A model generated the notes under the pieces. That model did no database searches. It saw only the letters and a program-made list of their open reading frames with translations, and was not told where the DNA came from. Source: Anthoceros angustus (taxonomy: Eukaryota > Plantae > Anthocerotophyta). From it: a stretch of DNA of 64,000 bases. The stretch lies in assembly GCA_010909165.1 (NCBI GenBank), contig MU008186.1, positions 372,001 through 436,000 on the forward strand, given 5' to 3'. A program made the translations under genes and the position numbers. Shown here piece after piece: positions 1 to 12,751 of the stretch. The first letter of the stretch is position 1. Every line of letters begins with the position of its first letter.

Positions 1-76
1 TAGAACCACATTGCTTATTTCAAGCAAAGGGGTTAACAAAACGGCATAACTTACTCCACAGAGAGACAACACTCAC

Positions 77-170
77 TTTTGCGCCATGGTCAGACCAATT
101 GTACCGGTGCCACAGAACAAATTGAGAAGTACCTCACTTCTATCGGCCCTCAGACTACATGCATCCAAAA
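77..170 (-). pseudogene. Exon fragment of a TrmA/RumA-family RNA (uracil-5)-methyltransferase; continues off the window
   Basis: SEVLLNLFCGTGTIGLTMAQK matches the SAM-binding motif LDLFCGTGTIGL, followed by a GTGAGT donor at 76. No upstream exons are recognisable before 1980, and the conserved D is replaced by N. Confidence 0.5.
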
Positions 171-510
171 TATTGAGTAAAAAATATTTGTTACAACATC
201 TCATTGAAACAAGGTTAGTCTCCACTTTTAGGGATTCGGAAGACTTTGCTTGAAAAGATCCAAAAAAATGCCAAAAAATCATACTCAATGGAAAACTAGT
301 CACTTGGCCATGTTTTCGCTCGAAAACACCACCTAGCATTTAACCATCATGACCAAAAACAACGTGACAAAGTCATGGAAAATGCCAAATCTTCGCGCAT
401 TGGATATGGATTTTCCCATTTCCGGGGATGTGCCGGATTCCAAATGGTCAATTCTTAGACGTAATGGCACAAAACCCATCTGACACAGGAACCAATTCCG
501 CTATTTGCGC

Positions 511-657
511 TGGCCTACCGGTGGCAGAGGCCTCACTACGTCGACCTACCAGCGCAAGCCGTCCCTGCTCCGGTCTACTGGCGCAAGCCGTCATTGTGCC
601 GACCTACTGGCGCAGTGTCCTCATTTGCGTCGGCCTACCGGCGCAGTGTCGTCATCA
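511..657. repeat. Degenerate ~30-bp tandem repeat, about 5 copies
   Basis: Recurring cg(a/g)cctac(c/t)ggcgca unit. Confidence 0.6.
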
Positions 658-1979
658 ACAACATGCAGGGAGATAAACAATATGCTTCAAGACAACCTCT
701 TACAAATGTTCTACATGCGGGCTTTACTTCCACATAATAGAACATCTAGCTTACGGCGGTGCGCTTCCGGGCACTACCAAAATTTTGAGGTATTGTCATT
801 GTTACTGTGGTGAGTACTGTATTTTCTTTTAATGGTGCTTCCGGCATTTCAGCATATTGTGCTGCAATAGCCGTATGGGGTACTGCGCGTTGTGAACAGC
901 CCTCCACGGCGTCGCGAGGTCCGCGGTGCCCCACAAGCAGCCTACATAATGAGGGCCCGTAAAATGTGGATAGGGTTAGTGCTATGAATGGTGAATGTGC
1001 TGGGTCTCGGCGACATAAATTATTAGGGTTATGTGTAAATGTAATAACACACATGCTGAGAATCCCATGTTTTTGTGTGTTTATGTGCTAATGACTACCA
1101 GAGGGTACAGGTCTTGCGGTTGAACTATGTGTTTGTGTGAAAGTGTTAATAAGAGCGTTGCATAGTCCTAGAAAAATTTAGTTAGGAGATGTTTGAGCGT
1201 TGGTCTAATAAATATTTGGCCTACAGTACGAGCTGCCAATAATCTACTAATGATTATACCACAAATAATCTACTAATCTAAAATTTAATAAAAAGGTCTA
1301 GGATTACTAAGCTTGAGACGATTGACTAGCTGGTAGAGAGTGGATAGACACACAAGTCACGCTCGCTTGTATACTATCGGGTAGAACGCATGCATAAGAG
1401 AAAGAGGATGTTGAGTGACAAGCCAGGACGGCATGTCACCAAGGCCCGCATGTAGAATTCTACATTTATACATATGTACAACGAATCAAGCCTTCCATAT
1501 GTATTGTATACCTGCAGCGTGTACAGACAAGCTAGGGCCCACATCGGGCGGACCGTCAGGAATAATCATTCAATACCATGGGCCCTGGACCTTCAGACCG
1601 GGCCCTAGACTTTCAGACCGGGCCCCAGCCTTCGTCTTCAAATGATGAAAACGAAAGCTGCGGGACAACAATGATAGTGCTGATGTGAAGCAGCGCAAGA
1701 ACGGACGGCAGCCAATGCCAGCGTCCATTTTTTGATCCAACAATACAAGTCTCAGCGTAGGGCATGTGCACTAACGTGTTTCACTGGCAAATCTATCAGA
1801 TGCAAAACGCTGTGGCCCTCACCGCGTGTGTAGATGCCTTTCCAGACTTCACCTGGATCGGATCCTTCAGCCGCTACCGCATTCTGAAGTCTTGCCGTCA
1901 GCTGCACTGATCTTGAAGGAAATGCATACGGACAGCCAGGCCAACAATAGCCCATGCCCAATTTCCAACCTCTACATCG

Positions 1980-4900
1980 TCACTTCGACTTGGTCACATC
2001 TCGGCGCACTGTCAGTTTTTCTCTTCTCGCGCTGTCCCCATTCCCACCCTCAAAGGCTTCAAACTGGGCCTCGATGTCGTGTTCTGTAGCCTCTGATTGC
2101 TGTTCACCACCTGCTGTCGAACATGTAGATGTCTTCGGTAGTTTATCTTCAAAGTTCTTTGGGAAATTCAGCAGAGCGGCAGCTCCTAGCTCTTTGAACG
2201 CTGCTTTATCATAGGCGTGGGCTGCATCTATTGCAGACTTGAAATTTCCACAGTAGAAAGGCAGGTGATTCCTATCGTTGTAAAACATTGCATGATACAA
2301 GCCACCAGTCTCGCAGACACCATAATACTCACCTGTCCCCCCTGACAACGGGTGGTAACAACTTGCCGACCTTGGCAGCAGTTCCTCGGGAGACAGCTTC
2401 AGGTTAGGAGACTCTCCAAATTGCCAGAACCAGAGCTGATCATACACTCTAGCAGCCTCCTCCGCGGTTACAAAGGATCCCAGGTACGTGTGCCGTTTGG
2501 CAAGAGGGTTATAATATATACACTTAAACTTCATCCCATTAGAGTATACACCTTTGTAGTGCCGATGGAGTGTTTTCCCTGGCTTCCTTTGCCGACGTTT
2601 TCTCTCATCATCTGCAACTGGTAGATCGGCAGACTCTACCAAGGGCTTCGTCTTAACCACAAAAGGGCTATCATCCGCACTGATTGATCTTGTTTTAACC
2701 TCACGATCCTCGTCATATGCATCATCATTTTGCACCTCAAGCTTTTGGGATAACTTACTGCCACTACAAACCTTTCCCTGCTCCTCTTCGGGCAGTTTAC
2801 TTGATGGATGCGCCAACGACTTGACATTACAGGCAGATGATGGCCGCCACTGACGGTCATCAGATGCTTGTCCTACAATAACCTTCTTCCGAGTCTTCAC
2901 CCTCTGCTTCTTTGCTGCAGGAACGTTTAAACCATATCGCTCCGGAAAATTCAAGCGCTTTATGTTTCCGGACCGTTTAAACACCATGTCATCATAAGCC
3001 TTGGCTGCTTCTACTGCCGAGTCAAAGGTTCCCACATATATATGTTGTTTTGTTGCCGCCAAATACATTTTTGACTTGAAACGCCCTCCGGCCGTGGCCT
3101 GAACACCAATGTATGGACATCTTCTCGGTGGTCTTTTCAAGTCTGACCTTCCAGCCACATCTTTTCCAGAATCAGGTCCCGTTCCCACGTGCCTTTGGTT
3201 CTTGATTGAACTTGTGCCCTGCAATCGTTTCTCCAAAACTGTGCAGGAGTCGGTCTGTGGCCTTGAACCTATTCCTTCAGCTTGCTCATCGCTGTCACCA
3301 GCTGGACTCCTGACTGAATTACCTGCATCATCCTTAGGGCCATGGTTAAGCCTACTCTGACCTAGCATGGCTCTCCTTTTAGATGTTGTCTTGTAGATGC
3401 GGCCGTATTCAGACTTCAAGTCCTGGAACATGTATTCATCCACTGTCTCAGTTGACAATCCAGATGAAGTGCGTCTTCGGCGAAACTCATCTCCAGGCGT
3501 ATGTCCCCCTTGAGGATGTTGTTGATTGAACTCCTGTCCATCCTCTGAAAGGAGCTCATCACCACTGCTTGACAAAGAGTTATCGTGATGTAAAATAGAG
3601 CCACGCTTTCTTTTCAGCCTAGATCGATCAGCTGATTTGGAGAATCTCTTCAGCCTAGCATTTTCATATCCAGAGTCACTTGCATCTGAAGCAAAATCCT
3701 CTGAATCTGCCTCTTCAGATGCAGTATAGTCATCACTGAAGTTACTGTGATCACTCTGGGAAATATGTTGAGGTAGGTCTGCATAAGGAACGAAGCGGTC
3801 ATATTGGGAAGCCTCTTGAGGTGGGACTGCATAAGGAATGGAGTGATGATCCTGGGATATTTCTTGAGGTGGGACTGCATAAGGAATGGGGTCACCACTA
3901 CCACCACCGGGCACTGAGTTCAAATCCACATGACCTGACTTTCTTTTCAACCAATGAGCAATTTTCACAGCTCGGTCTCTGGCTCCACTGCCTTTGTTTG
4001 CCTTCAGATCAGCAACAGGCTTATGACTGTCCCTGGAAGCCAATGGAATGGGACCCTTGTCCTTTTGTGCAGAGGCTGCCCACTCGGGAAAGTTAAGGTG
4101 TGATGTAGCACCACACTGAACTGCTAGCTGATCCCGTGCACATGCAGCTTCAAGGTCAGTCTCAAACATACCCACGTATACCTTCCTCTTCTCATTTCTG
4201 TCGTAGAAACTTGCCTCATATCGTCCTGTGCTCCACTTCTTGGTCACACCGAAGAGCTTGTGATCACCACCACTAGTTTTTGGAACAGCTAATGCAGTAG
4301 CTCGCCCTGAGTCTGATGCTGATCGGCCACCAGTAGCTTGAACAACTAGACTCCTATCAGCCGACCCATGGGATGTCTTTAGATCTCTCGGAACTTGTCC
4401 AGGAATGGGAGTTCTCACAAGACCTGGATCACCCAGGGAGAAGCCTGCAGCAGCGCTAGGCACCTTCTTCCTATGCCGCCGTCTAGCAGGGCCAGTCTCT
4501 GGTTCACTGACCAGTTTTTGGTTCAACAGACCTGCTTTGCCCGTGTGAGTTCGTGACTTTCCACCACTCTGGCCTGGAGCTTCATCAGACTTTTGATGAG
4601 CTGCCGCGCCCGGAGAGGGCCCCTTCTGCTTGTTGCTGTCAACAATAACATTTGCAATCACCCGGTCCCTTGCAGTGACTGCCTCTTCCCTTGTGTCAAA
4701 CCTTCCGACGTAGATCATCTTTTTTGTCAGCTTATTATATACACTGGCTTCATACCTACCAGTATTGATTCTCCTTACACCAAGAGACCTACTTTCCTGA
4801 ACATATTTTTCCACCGATGAGCAATCAATGGGCTTTGACTGTCTACCTGAGCTCCGTGAAGTATTCACAACTGTAAGTTGATGAGGAGGTTTCAAAAGGC

Positions 4901-6404
4901 TCTGTTGATGAGTTCGTGAGATCCCTCGTGTTGGCGTATGGAGTCCCCTCCCCTCAGTATCCATTTCTGCGTCCATTTCAGTCTCAGTGGATGTCTCAGG
5001 ATGTGATTCCGGCACTCGTTCACCAGCACTACCTGGAACTGGCTCAACAGCCATGGCAGAGGCAGCAGGGGCGGCTGGCTTGACTGGAGAGCCTTGTTCA
5101 GCAGACACATCCTGCTCCTCCTGCATGTCACTCTGAGGCCAAGGTGATGGTAGTTCCGCATCCTCAGATCCTTCACCAAAGTTTGTGCTTGCACCTGTCC
5201 CACGAATTAAGCGAGCAGCATCATCGTAAGCACTTGCAGCAAGGGCCTCTGTATCAAAAGTGCCTAACCACACACGGCCTTCAGGGGTACATATCTCTGC
5301 TCCATACGTACCCCAGGGACGCCTCCGCACACCAACAAACTTGGAAAGTCCGCGCTGAGCAGACCCTCGCTTCTTTGAGGAAGAGTCGTTTCCACAATCC
5401 CTGCTCAGACAGCCAGACCCTGAAAGATCCATTCGCTCCATGTCTACCTGCTGCCATTTTACCGCTCTCGCCACACGAGACACCGAACACAGCCCTACTC
5501 TAGTCAGTTCCACAGGTCCGATATCAACTGCACCACCAACACTAAACCCAGCACGTTCCTGGCCAGGAGAGTCAGCCATAAGAAACGGAGGAGATGCTGA
5601 GAGAGGCAAACTCTCCAGAAACTTGGACGATTTTCTACTTCCTTTTCTTTCAGCAGAGAAGGCCGAGGGGCTACTATCCTGGCCAGCATCACCTGTACGG
5701 TGAGTCCCGCCATTGGAAGGATCAGGACACACAACATGTTCTTTCTTCAACCGTTTCGAAGGTCTGCAATCGAGCCTGAGCCCCTTGTCGGAAACAAAAT
5801 CACCTGGAGCAGAATCCGACAAGGAGCCTCTTTCTATAATATCCACATGGTGGGCAACCGAGGCTGCCATAACAACCACAGAAAACTCCCCCAGTGCCGA
5901 CGACTGTTTCATAACCTGCTTCCGTTTCAAGCCTGCAAAATTCTCCTTCATCGTTGAGTGCATCTGACAAAACCTGCACCAGGTTTCCACCACAGGGTCC
6001 ATGTTAACAAAGCACGGCCTCGAACAAGCGGTTCAAGAAGTCCAGGAAGCATGTGTGCTGCTAACTTTTCAAGCCACTTTGCACACGAGAGCGAGCAGTT
6101 TGGGACAGAACCTTGGATCTCTCGTCTTGAGATAAACCGAGAACTGGCACCGGACATTTGTCAAATTTTCCACATGGTCACACTGCTTGTAGGGAGCCTC
6201 GTGGTCTTCCAGTATGTGCCAGATACAGAACCGATACCCATGCACACGATAGTGACCACATTTCTGCCTAGAAGACTCGCAGAAGCCACTGCCATAACAT
6301 CGGGGCTTCTCCATTAACTTGCGCTCATATCTTGGAGTCCCGGATGGAGACATCGCTGGGACACCTTCTGTCGCACCTACAGCGATGGAATGCAAACCTT
6401 TCAA
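1980..6404 (-). CDS. zf-C3Hc3H (KANSL2/INO80D-like) plus six-AP2-domain protein, ~1,428 aa; exons 6404-6112 and 5973-1980
   Basis: Exon 1 encodes [30 protein letters not shown]. The GT-AG intron 6111-5974 joins in frame to give RFCQMH, completing the finger. Six AP2 folds (GV...Y/W-L/V-GxF...AAxAYD...NF) lie at about 5180-5345, 4660-4785, 4085-4260, 2945-3120, 2400-2570 and 2160-2330. Confidence 0.85.
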
Positions 6405-7033
6405 GACCCGAGCCTGATCAGCTCCTCATAACACGAATTGAACTCCTACCTTCTCCCGCCCCTGGCGACAGGCCCAGCCACGCCACAGTGCTCTAGAAGC
6501 TTCCGGGAACCTGCTCTCGAAGGAACTCCCGGTTTCTTTCACAGGCCAAATCAGGATCTAATGCGTTAAGTCCAGGATTCAACTTTCCTCCGAGTCCGCA
6601 CATCTTTTTGTGGAGCCGAGACCTAGCCCCCACAGTCTTGAGCTACCAATGCTCCCTCCAAAACGCATTTCTGTGTGGCGATCATGGACACAACATATTT
6701 CACGCTTCTTAAGGTCGTGGATCAAGTCGCAAACACTTCACCACAAGGACAGCCTCCGGCACCGCTCTTGGACACGAGAGCCGATCAAGTCACAAACGTA
6801 CACACATGCCCATTCTGGCTCGTCAAGCAAGATTGAATTACACGAGCGTTACGTGAATAAACCATGTCATTCCACTCTTACTATAGGTAATCAGTTCTAA
6901 AGAGTAATTATTAAGGTGATAATGGCAGCGGGCTCAGTTTTTTTTAGATTCCGCATGCCCGGCGTTCGAGAAACTGAAGTGAAAAAGATCAGGAGGCCAA
7001 TAGCTACATCCTTCCTTTTTGTTGGCGACGGGC

Positions 7034-9351
7034 TCACCCTTCCAGATCGGAAGAGAGGCCAGCAGCATACAAGTTTCCAGTCGCGAAGTAGGCTTCCCGT
7101 TCTGATGGAACTAGCTTGATGTCTCCCGTTCTGACATAGTGTTGGTAGCACATGAGGGCAAAGGAGATTGCCAGTGCGATGCAGTAGAATCCGAAGGCGT
7201 AGAACTGGTCGTGGATGGGCAGCTTGAGAGATGCCTGCACCGCATGCGAAATTTTGTGACGTAAGTACACAAGGAGAACATCTGGGAACTGAAAAGACAC
7301 AGTATGAGTTCAGGGACCGGAAGATGAAGAGACTTACAACCACTGCCTGGAGTAGAGACTGGATGATCAGGCCTGCAACTGAGTTGAGACTGAAGAGGAG
7401 AATGAATTGGCCGTTTGTGAGAGAGCGCGCACATTGCACATAGACAAGGCACAGGAGCAGTTGATTGATTCCTACAGCGATCACATAGGTTGGGTATGCA
7501 ATGGTGAGGGTACTGCTGGAAGCCATAAGGATGCAGAGGAATCCCACGATCCCAGAGCCGATGATGTACACAATGCCCCCTGTTTGGGCTGCAATCTTTG
7601 AAACTTGAACAGCTGCTAAAGCTGCAATGCATGCAGCTCCCTGGGCTGCTGCAATGACATGGCCGTTGAAGTTAGAGAGTGGATCGATCCCATCAAACAG
7701 GCTTGTGCCGTAGTTGGGGATCATAGCAAACCCAGCCGTTCCGAATGCCCACCTGTTCCAAAACACCAGGGTGATGCTATTTCAGTGGCTTGTAACAGCG
7801 AAGTAGAGGGCGAAGTACAAAACCAAACTTTTAACAGGATTTACCAAAGAGAGAGCAGACAGAGACTTTTGCTTCCCCAGGTTTCCCTCACAATGTTCAG
7901 GAAGCCCTGCAGCATGAAACACGATGTTCAATAGACCCTCTTTGCTAACCAGTCACGACAACTAGGTGACTGCAAATGTAGTCACATGCTGTGAGGCAAA
8001 TTCATGAGTATACCTGACGAGAGGAGCACAAGTTGGGGTCAAAGCGACCATCTCTTTGGAAATCTGGTGGTTCCCTTGGAAGTAGAAAGGAGGCCACACA
8101 AGCAATTGATACCTGCAAGGGCAGGAGAGGGGATCAATGAGTTACCACCAACAACAAAAGGTCAGCAAACATAACCCTGCACCTCCTACATTGTGTGTTT
8201 TCTGATTGACTCACCGATGCTATGGTGATATATAAATTGCTCACCAGTGAAAAGCCTCGATTTATAAGCAGCTGACCTGCAGCAACAACAGGAGTGACTT
8301 GGGATATATGTACATCGACGTAGTCATGCACACGGAAGAGTTATAAAGGTAATCTGGTGTCATTACTGGCAAGCTGCCAGGAGCCTTGGCCACGCAGAAT
8401 ACAACCTACCTATTTCAGCAGCGATTACAAACGAGGTGAGGGATGATGCTTGCGAGAAGCTTGTCTGCACATACATGCGAACACCACTCCTGAGAACTTC
8501 AGCGACGTGTCCCATCCACAAACTTGAGCTGATATGGAGGGACCTATCTTACCAGCAGTTGATAGTCTTCCTCAGCCACCAGCAAAAACAGGTAGGATGA
8601 GAAAACCACATCTGAGGCTGTTCCGAGACCATATGTGACCTTCAAGACGAAGAACACGTACATCAGAGAATTGCCAGGGTGTATCAGGTATCCAGTCTCT
8701 CACCAGGTATCGAGAGAAGAACCTGCATGAGCTGCATGGACAGCAAAGACGTGCCCGAAAGCAAGATAACGAATGTTGCTAACCGTCCTAAAGTACCTGC
8801 CAAGGTCATAACATTTACCTTCATCAGGAGCTCTCAACGACACATTTCGAAAAACTAAAACTTCTCTCTCTCCAACTACAATCAAAGCATCAGCCATTAC
8901 GATCCAGCAATTAAGCTGCTACTCACCTACCAATTATGATGACAGTGCGGTAAGAGAGGATGGAACAAGCCGGGACAGCCAGCAACGTGAAGCACAGCAT
9001 TGAGTAGACTCCAACCGGGAAAATGTTCCTGCTGACCTGTCAAACATCCGCAAGCTCCTCAAACCTCAGCTCACACCAAATCTCAGCTCAGACTGACATT
9101 CCAATGCAATCCAGTCGCATAATGCACCGCTATGGAGTCCAGCTGCCTCTTACCTCATCATTCGTGAATTGCTTATCTCTGGTGAGGTAAGGGACCAGAT
9201 ACGGCTCCGACGGCTCAAATTGCAGACACATTGTGAAGAAGGTGAGCAGCAGAAGCAATTGCCATGGCCCCTCCCTCCAAAAGTAACCAATTTCGCTGAA
9301 GAATGACATGCTTCTTTGCTCGCCGACCACAGCAACCTCAGCTACAGCCAT
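7034..9351 (-). CDS. SLC19 (reduced folate carrier / thiamine transporter) family MFS protein, multi-exon
   Basis: Motifs FEPSEPYLVPYLTRDKQFTNDEV-SRNIFPV, YGLGTASDVVFSSYLFLLVAEEDYQ, NGHVIAAAQ, FSLNSVAGLIIQSLLQ and LKLPIHDQFYAFGFY parallel SLC19A1-3; GT-AG introns. Confidence 0.8.
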
Positions 9352-9807
9352 GGATTCCCACTCTCCCCTGCAGACATCCCTGCCGGCGCCGGAGCGGGAA
9401 CGGGAGCCTAAACTGTCGCATCATTTTTCCGCTTCACTTTGCTTCCATCGCATAACGGCAAACAAAGATCCAGCTGCGACTGGAGACGTACGAGCAGCTG
9501 CTTCGTCCTGTACCGGAATCTGTGCCTGCATGATGCTTGCCATTGGCGGAGCCTTTCCACTGTGGACTGGAACCTTGAGTAAATGCAAAGAAAAAAAAAC
9601 CAAAAAAGCAACAACAAAAAAAGAAACGCTTGCACGGGAGACAGAAAGGAGGACGAGGAAGAATTCCAAGTCGATACTGGACAGCCTACCACAGGAGTCC
9701 GAGAGAAGCCAGACCGGGCGCTACGTGGGAAGTACAAAAATTCGCAGACACGGTACAGTTGCTCCGCGTCGCTGTTGGTGGTGCTGCGCATTGGGAGCAG
9801 CGACTGT

Positions 9808-12333
9808 ATGCTCAGGCATGCCGTAGAGATGGAGATGTCGGATGAAGCGAGCTATGACAAGCGGGCTGCGGATGAGGATGCGGTAGCCAATTCTGGGGTG
9901 CCACATCCTGAAGGGGGAAGCTCGATGGAGACCACTACTTCCACATTGAATTTCTCTTCTGGCAGCCCCGGGCGGGAGGCTACACGGGGAGTGGTGCATC
10001 TCCTCAGTAGCAGCAAAATTGACGGGGACTGTCAGGATGATGCTCTGCCTGTAATTCCGGATTTCCTTGCAGCGGATGGTGGTTCTGTGCTGGATGGCAG
10101 CGAATTCGAAGGGAAGTGACCGGCATTGCAACTTGGTGTGCAGGCTGGACGGCGTCCACATCTGTGCGTGCTGGGTGTTCCGAATCACGTGACTGGAGCT
10201 GATTTTTGTGTGTTTGCAGGATCCTTCATCTCCAACATCACGGAGGTGCAGTTGATCAGGTGACCTGCATGGCAGTTTTAGTCAGTGGGTATGTGTGTGC
10301 AATGTCACACCAAGAGGAATGGTGCTGATAGGTGGGGTGACGACTTCCTGGCAGGACTGAGGGAGTGAAGGATAGGTACTGTGCTCTGCTCAAATTGGAC
10401 ACGCTTGAGTCAGCTGATGCCTTCTACAAGCACCTGAACGGCAAGAAGTTCTCTTGGATTGAGGTATTGTCTTCGTCTGCCGTGGATGGTGATATGGCAA
10501 CTTGGCATGCCATGGATTGTTCAAGACTGCTGGAGGTGGTGAATGTGGCAGGAGGACGTGTGCAAAGCTATGTATGTAGCAAATGTGCAGTGCACTGGTG
10601 ATAACGAGCAATCCTCAGCTCCTGCGGTTGTGCCGGCAGAGCCTCCCAACTGTCCTGTGTGTCTAGGTATGCTTCTATCTCAACCCAGCAGGAGGATGTG
10701 CGAGGCAGCATATTGACAATCGTTTACTGTGTAGAGAGGCTGGATCAACAGATTAGTGGAGTTCTTACTACGCTGTGTAATCACTCGTTCCATACCACAT
10801 GCATCTCCCAGTGGAGAGATTCATCATGCCCAGTAAGTTTGGTATTTGTAGACTGTTTCCTCTTCGTCCTGGATGTGGGGAGGAGACAAAGCGGGAAAGA
10901 TGCTTACCTACTGTGCTGTCTGATTTGATTCGCAGGTTTGTCGTTACAAACAGCAGCAATCAGAAACATCCATATGCTCGATTTGTGGAGCTTCTGAGAG
11001 CCTTTGGATCTGCGTTGTGTGTGGATTTGTAGGTTGCGGAAGGTACAGACGAGCCTTTTTTGTCTCCGGTTCTTGTACTCTACGTATCTTGATCTGAACA
11101 GGGTACTTCCAACACTGCAGATATCAAGCTGGCCATGCTGAGAATCACTTCAAGCTCACCAATCACTGTTACTCCCTAGAGCTTGAGACGCAACGCGTGT
11201 GGGATTATGTGGGAGATGGGTATGTCCATCGTTTGATTCAATCAAAGACGGACGGAAAGGTTGTAGAAGTTCCAAGCCCTTTCCAAGAAGGTTCTGATGA
11301 CAGGAGGAGCTCATTTGGATGGAGCCAAGGTCCAGAGTACCTGGAAGCGGTCACTCAAAGTAAAATAGAGTCCGTGAGTGAATCTGTCCCCTGTGGAATC
11401 CTTCATGCTGGTTTCATAGTCTTTGGATATAGTTTGATGGATTTTCACTGACGAAGGAAGTCGTGGTGGGACTTCACAAGCAGCTTACTGTGCTTTCCTC
11501 TTCCTAATTTTCCAGATATCTTATGAGTACAATCATCTTCTGACTACTCAGCTGGAAAGCCAAAGAGAGGTACAAGCATCGTCTGTGGTTACGCAACAGC
11601 CATTCTTCTCCCCAAGTGATCAACGCATATCTCATCCGTGTTGAGTTGTGTTTGCAGTACTTCGAACGAGAAATGGCCACCATAGAGGAGCGAACAACGA
11701 ACAGTGTTGAGGCGTCTTTCAATCAGAGACTGCAGAAACTTCACAGAAAGATGGATGACAAGCTTCAGGCGCGGGATAAACAGAAACGGGAGTTGGAGCA
11801 GGTACTAGTGGGACCTTTCGTCCAGGATTGCTTGATACGAGATGCTAAGGTTTCCAGCGGTGCTTCTTACCATTGACTTTCCATGTCAGATCAATGAGGC
11901 ACTCAGCAAGGATCAAATGTTATTGCGCCAGAAACTGAAGGACCTGGAAGCCAGGTACATACATCAATCAGAATGGTCTTTTTCTAGAGGCTGGCACTGA
12001 GAGGCTAATGGTTGATGGGTTTCTCGCCATTTTGGACAGCCACGAAGCTCAACTGAAACAGAAGGATGAGACGATTGCAGATCTCGAAGAGCAAGTAGGT
12101 CATCTCACGTTGTTGCTCGATTACAGGACCCTGAATACTGGAGCGATTAACAACAAGGTACCTTGTCCTGCTCGTAGGTGAGGGACTACATGATTCATAT
12201 TCAAGCCCAGCAAACGGTAGCAAAAGGTGCTGACGCGGACGATACCCGAGATGGTACCATTTTACCTCTCCCTTCCAACAACCGTGCCGAAAGGAGCGGA
12301 AAGCCTTCCAAACGGAACCCCAGGAAGAAATGA
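9808..12333 (+). CDS. BRAP2-RING-ZnF UBP E3 ligase (BRIZ/BRAP-like), multi-exon
   Basis: FSSGSP..TRGVVHL, BRAP2 domain, CPVCL-ERLD..LCNHSFH..C RING, ZnF-UBP (LWICVVCGFVGCGRY, VWDYVGDGYVHRLIQSKTDGK) and coiled coil; TGA at 12331-12333; start approximate. Confidence 0.9.
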
Positions 12334-12751
12334 GGGGTGAGAAGCATTGTACAGTTGGTAGACTGAGTTCCTTGTGTAGATAATCCATATGTAGATACAA
12401 GGCCACCCATTCAAATTGATGGAGTTCCGGTGACGGCTTCTGACGTTTTTCATGTGGTGGGCAAGTTGCCGGTGTGGGTTTCGGTGCGGTAACGGGCCAA
12501 TAGGATGAACCAGGGATGTTGGCCGTGAATTACGGCACGAATCGCAAGCTCTGGATGCTCGACCGGGTGAAGAGCCCCCAGGAACGCTGCCCAGGCCCAG
12601 GCTTCGCCTCCGAGGTTCGACCTTCGGGAACATGGGAATGCAGCCTATGGGGAATGTGGAGACTTTATGTAAGAAAAGAGATAAAAAATCTATCTACCCC
12701 AAATGTAAAGGGGAAATAACCCAATCAAGGGTACCATGCCAAGGGGACTAA

